In this document: positions 33,763 to 35,448 of the stretch, piece by piece
Layout of the letters: each line of letters begins with the position of its first letter
Position numbering within the stretch: the stretch's first letter is position 1
Assembly (NCBI GenBank): GCA_964391265.1
Contig: CAYMLT010000002.1
Coordinates: 1-35,448 of the forward strand
Direction: 5' to 3'
Length of the DNA: 35,448 nucleotides
Source of the DNA: an uncultured archaeon
GTDB taxonomy: Archaea; Asgardarchaeota; Thorarchaeia; Thorarchaeales; Thorarchaeaceae
Program-made: the position numbers and the translations under genes
The notes under the pieces: model-generated
The model's input: the letters and a program-made list of their open reading frames with translations, nothing else
Databases searched by the model: none
What the model was told of the DNA's origin: nothing

Positions 33763-35448
33763 ATGGCTCGTTCCAAAGGTGTGACAATCTCTGTAAAGGT
33801 CCCAATCAATTGGGAAGCAATGACCGAGAGGTCTAGGCAAAGGCTTAGACAGATCGTTGGAAGGGACACTAGAGTGATTCGTGCATTCTTAGGAATAATT
33901 GAACAATATGAAGACGATTTGCTAACAGGTAGAAACAAAGATAGAATTGATGACGGCAAGTTGGACCAGTTGACCATGACTGCGCTCAAGGTCAAACCAG
34001 GATACAAACAGAGAACAAGCGTTCCGCATGATTTCAAGGTCCGATTTCCCCGAATCTCAACAAACGAACTGACGGAGTGTAGACAGACAGCTGTTGCACT
34101 AAGTGAAAGCTATCTAAAGTTGAAAAAGAAGAGGGGCATGAAAGCATCACGTCCCACATCAATCAACTGCACACGACGAATTCCACGATGGGTTTTCTCT
34201 CAGAGATTCAAACTCATTGAAAGAAACGCCTCCGCTTTTAGATGGTGGCTTGATGTTCGTGATTCCCTAGACTCCGTGGGAGAAGGAAGAATTCTCCACG
34301 ACCACTTGAGAATACCCCTTAAGATGTCACCCTTCCATTTGAATCAGATTAGGCGTGGTGATGTAAAAGCACTTCAGCTCTTTACAGATTCGAAATTGAA
34401 GTCGTGGGTGACGTTTGCTGTACGAGTTCGTATCAATGATGCTTATGAGGATAACCTTCCAGCAGCTATTCTTGGTATTGACCTCGGTATTGAGAAAGCG
34501 GTCTGTTCGACACTCCTCACTCCAGAAAAGACCAGAGAAACTCGGTACTTTGTTCAAAAAGAGAAGGGGAAATCTATCAGGAAGTACGATAATCTTGTAG
34601 CAGATTTACAGAGAGAAATGCACCTACGACATAACAATGGGTTGGTTCACGACGAGGTTTCAAAGAAACTACGTCAAATGCGTTCCAAGAGAGAGAACGT
34701 TGCTCGTGAATATGATCATGCTCTTGTTCGACAACTCCTTGATTATATCTCTGAATTGTCCAAAAAATACACACTCTATGTTGCTATTGGTCGCCTACAA
34801 AATATACGAATGCGTGCAAAGAAAGGAAACTACCAAGGCCGAAGGTTCCGAGGGATGATACATTCTTGGGCTTTCGCTAGAATAACTAACAGTCTGAAAC
34901 ATGGACTGGCTCAGCTTGGATGGAAGGTTGATGGGAAGGATGCTCGATTTCGGGCAGTTCCTGAAGCGTGGACCTCCATCATGTGTTGGAAGTGTGGAAG
35001 TAAGGGTAGGAGACCCAAGCAGAACTACTTCCATTGCCCATCCTGTGGCCATAAGACCAATGCTGATAGGAATGGTAGCACCAATATTGCTGCACGCATG
35101 CTTACGCTCACAAAGTCACTACACTCTGTGAGAGGACTAGGTCTGTGGACTAGAGCGGTTACTCGTAGAGTAACTAATCGACGTGCGCGTCCGAAAGCCC
35201 AAAGGAAGAAGCCTTCACAAGGGAAGTCCTTACTCTCCAAGAAGGAACAAACATCAGGTTCTGGAGAGTCCGCGGCCGTTCACTTTGTCCAATCGGACCT
35301 TGTTAGTATTAGTGATAATGCTAATGAGAGTGATAATGACCCTGCCGTGGAAAGAACTGTGGAAACTCTCTCTGTCGCTGGAAGTGATGAACCAGCACAA
35401 AGACAGGAGAAAGAGGCCAGGTCTGTAGGAGGGATCCCATCTCAATGA
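33763..35448 (+). CDS. tnpB: TnpB-like (IS200/IS605 OrfB / IS1341-type) RuvC-fold protein with long C-terminal tail
   Basis: 561-aa ORF. RuvC-I ILGIDLGIEKA (D240), zinc ribbon CWKCG...CPSCG, RuvC-III NADRNGSTNIAA (D435). The RuvC-II position reads YVAIGRLQNI (G343) instead of the usual ..iEdL.. The stop is the last codon of the window. Confidence 0.85.
   Translation: MARSKGVTISVKVPINWEAMTERSRQRLRQIVGRDTRVIRAFLGIIEQYEDDLLTGRNKDRIDDGKLDQLTMTALKVKPGYKQRTSVPHDFKVRFPRISTNELTECRQTAVALSESYLKLKKKRGMKASRPTSINCTRRIPRWVFSQRFKLIERNASAFRWWLDVRDSLDSVGEGRILHDHLRIPLKMSPFHLNQIRRGDVKALQLFTDSKLKSWVTFAVRVRINDAYEDNLPAAILGIDLGIEKAVCSTLLTPEKTRETRYFVQKEKGKSIRKYDNLVADLQREMHLRHNNGLVHDEVSKKLRQMRSKRENVAREYDHALVRQLLDYISELSKKYTLYVAIGRLQNIRMRAKKGNYQGRRFRGMIHSWAFARITNSLKHGLAQLGWKVDGKDARFRAVPEAWTSIMCWKCGSKGRRPKQNYFHCPSCGHKTNADRNGSTNIAARMLTLTKSLHSVRGLGLWTRAVTRRVTNRRARPKAQRKKPSQGKSLLSKKEQTSGSGESAAVHFVQSDLVSISDNANESDNDPAVERTVETLSVAGSDEPAQRQEKEARSVGGIPSQ

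Overview
Moderately AT-rich archaeal chromosomal window. The archaeal assignment rests on Nop5-fibrillarin, archaeal Elp3, archease, PriS-GINS-PCNA, HdrABC and an intron-containing tRNA. The leucine-rich-repeat protein, multi-intron tRNA and TnpB are compatible with an Asgard-type genome, but that is inference only. Housekeeping genes: pyrK-pyrD, nop5-flpA-UPF0216, an HTH regulator, rnhB, elp3, tag, archease, a SPOUT methyltransferase and a pcn-priS-gins operon. Three regions stand out. (1) 11.98-17.62 kb: six same-orientation copies of a 25-30 nt unit identical to the 3' exon plus trailer of a two-intron tRNA-Ser(UGA) gene. They divide the DNA into five single-gene, cassette-like units (2-TM peptide, nitroreductase-like, small alpha/beta protein, LRR protein, HTH plus LAGLIDADG-like protein). 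No recognisable integrase is present. (2) 19.2-27.6 kb: one minus-strand cluster hdrC-hdrB-hdrA'-hdrA(MvhD fusion), then a 770-aa double winged-helix/ferredoxin protein, then an acyl-CoA dehydrogenase, with no etf genes in the window. (3) 31.0-35.4 kb: an AT-richer accessory patch. It holds a frame-split C39-like cysteine peptidase coupled to a 313-aa double wHTH-like protein, a degenerate intron-less tRNA 3'-end fragment, an orphan 154-aa ORF, and a 561-aa TnpB-like gene whose RuvC-II glutamate position reads glycine. No CRISPR array, rRNA or convincing C/D-box sRNA was seen. All protein calls are motif recognition by eye on the supplied translations; no database search was run.
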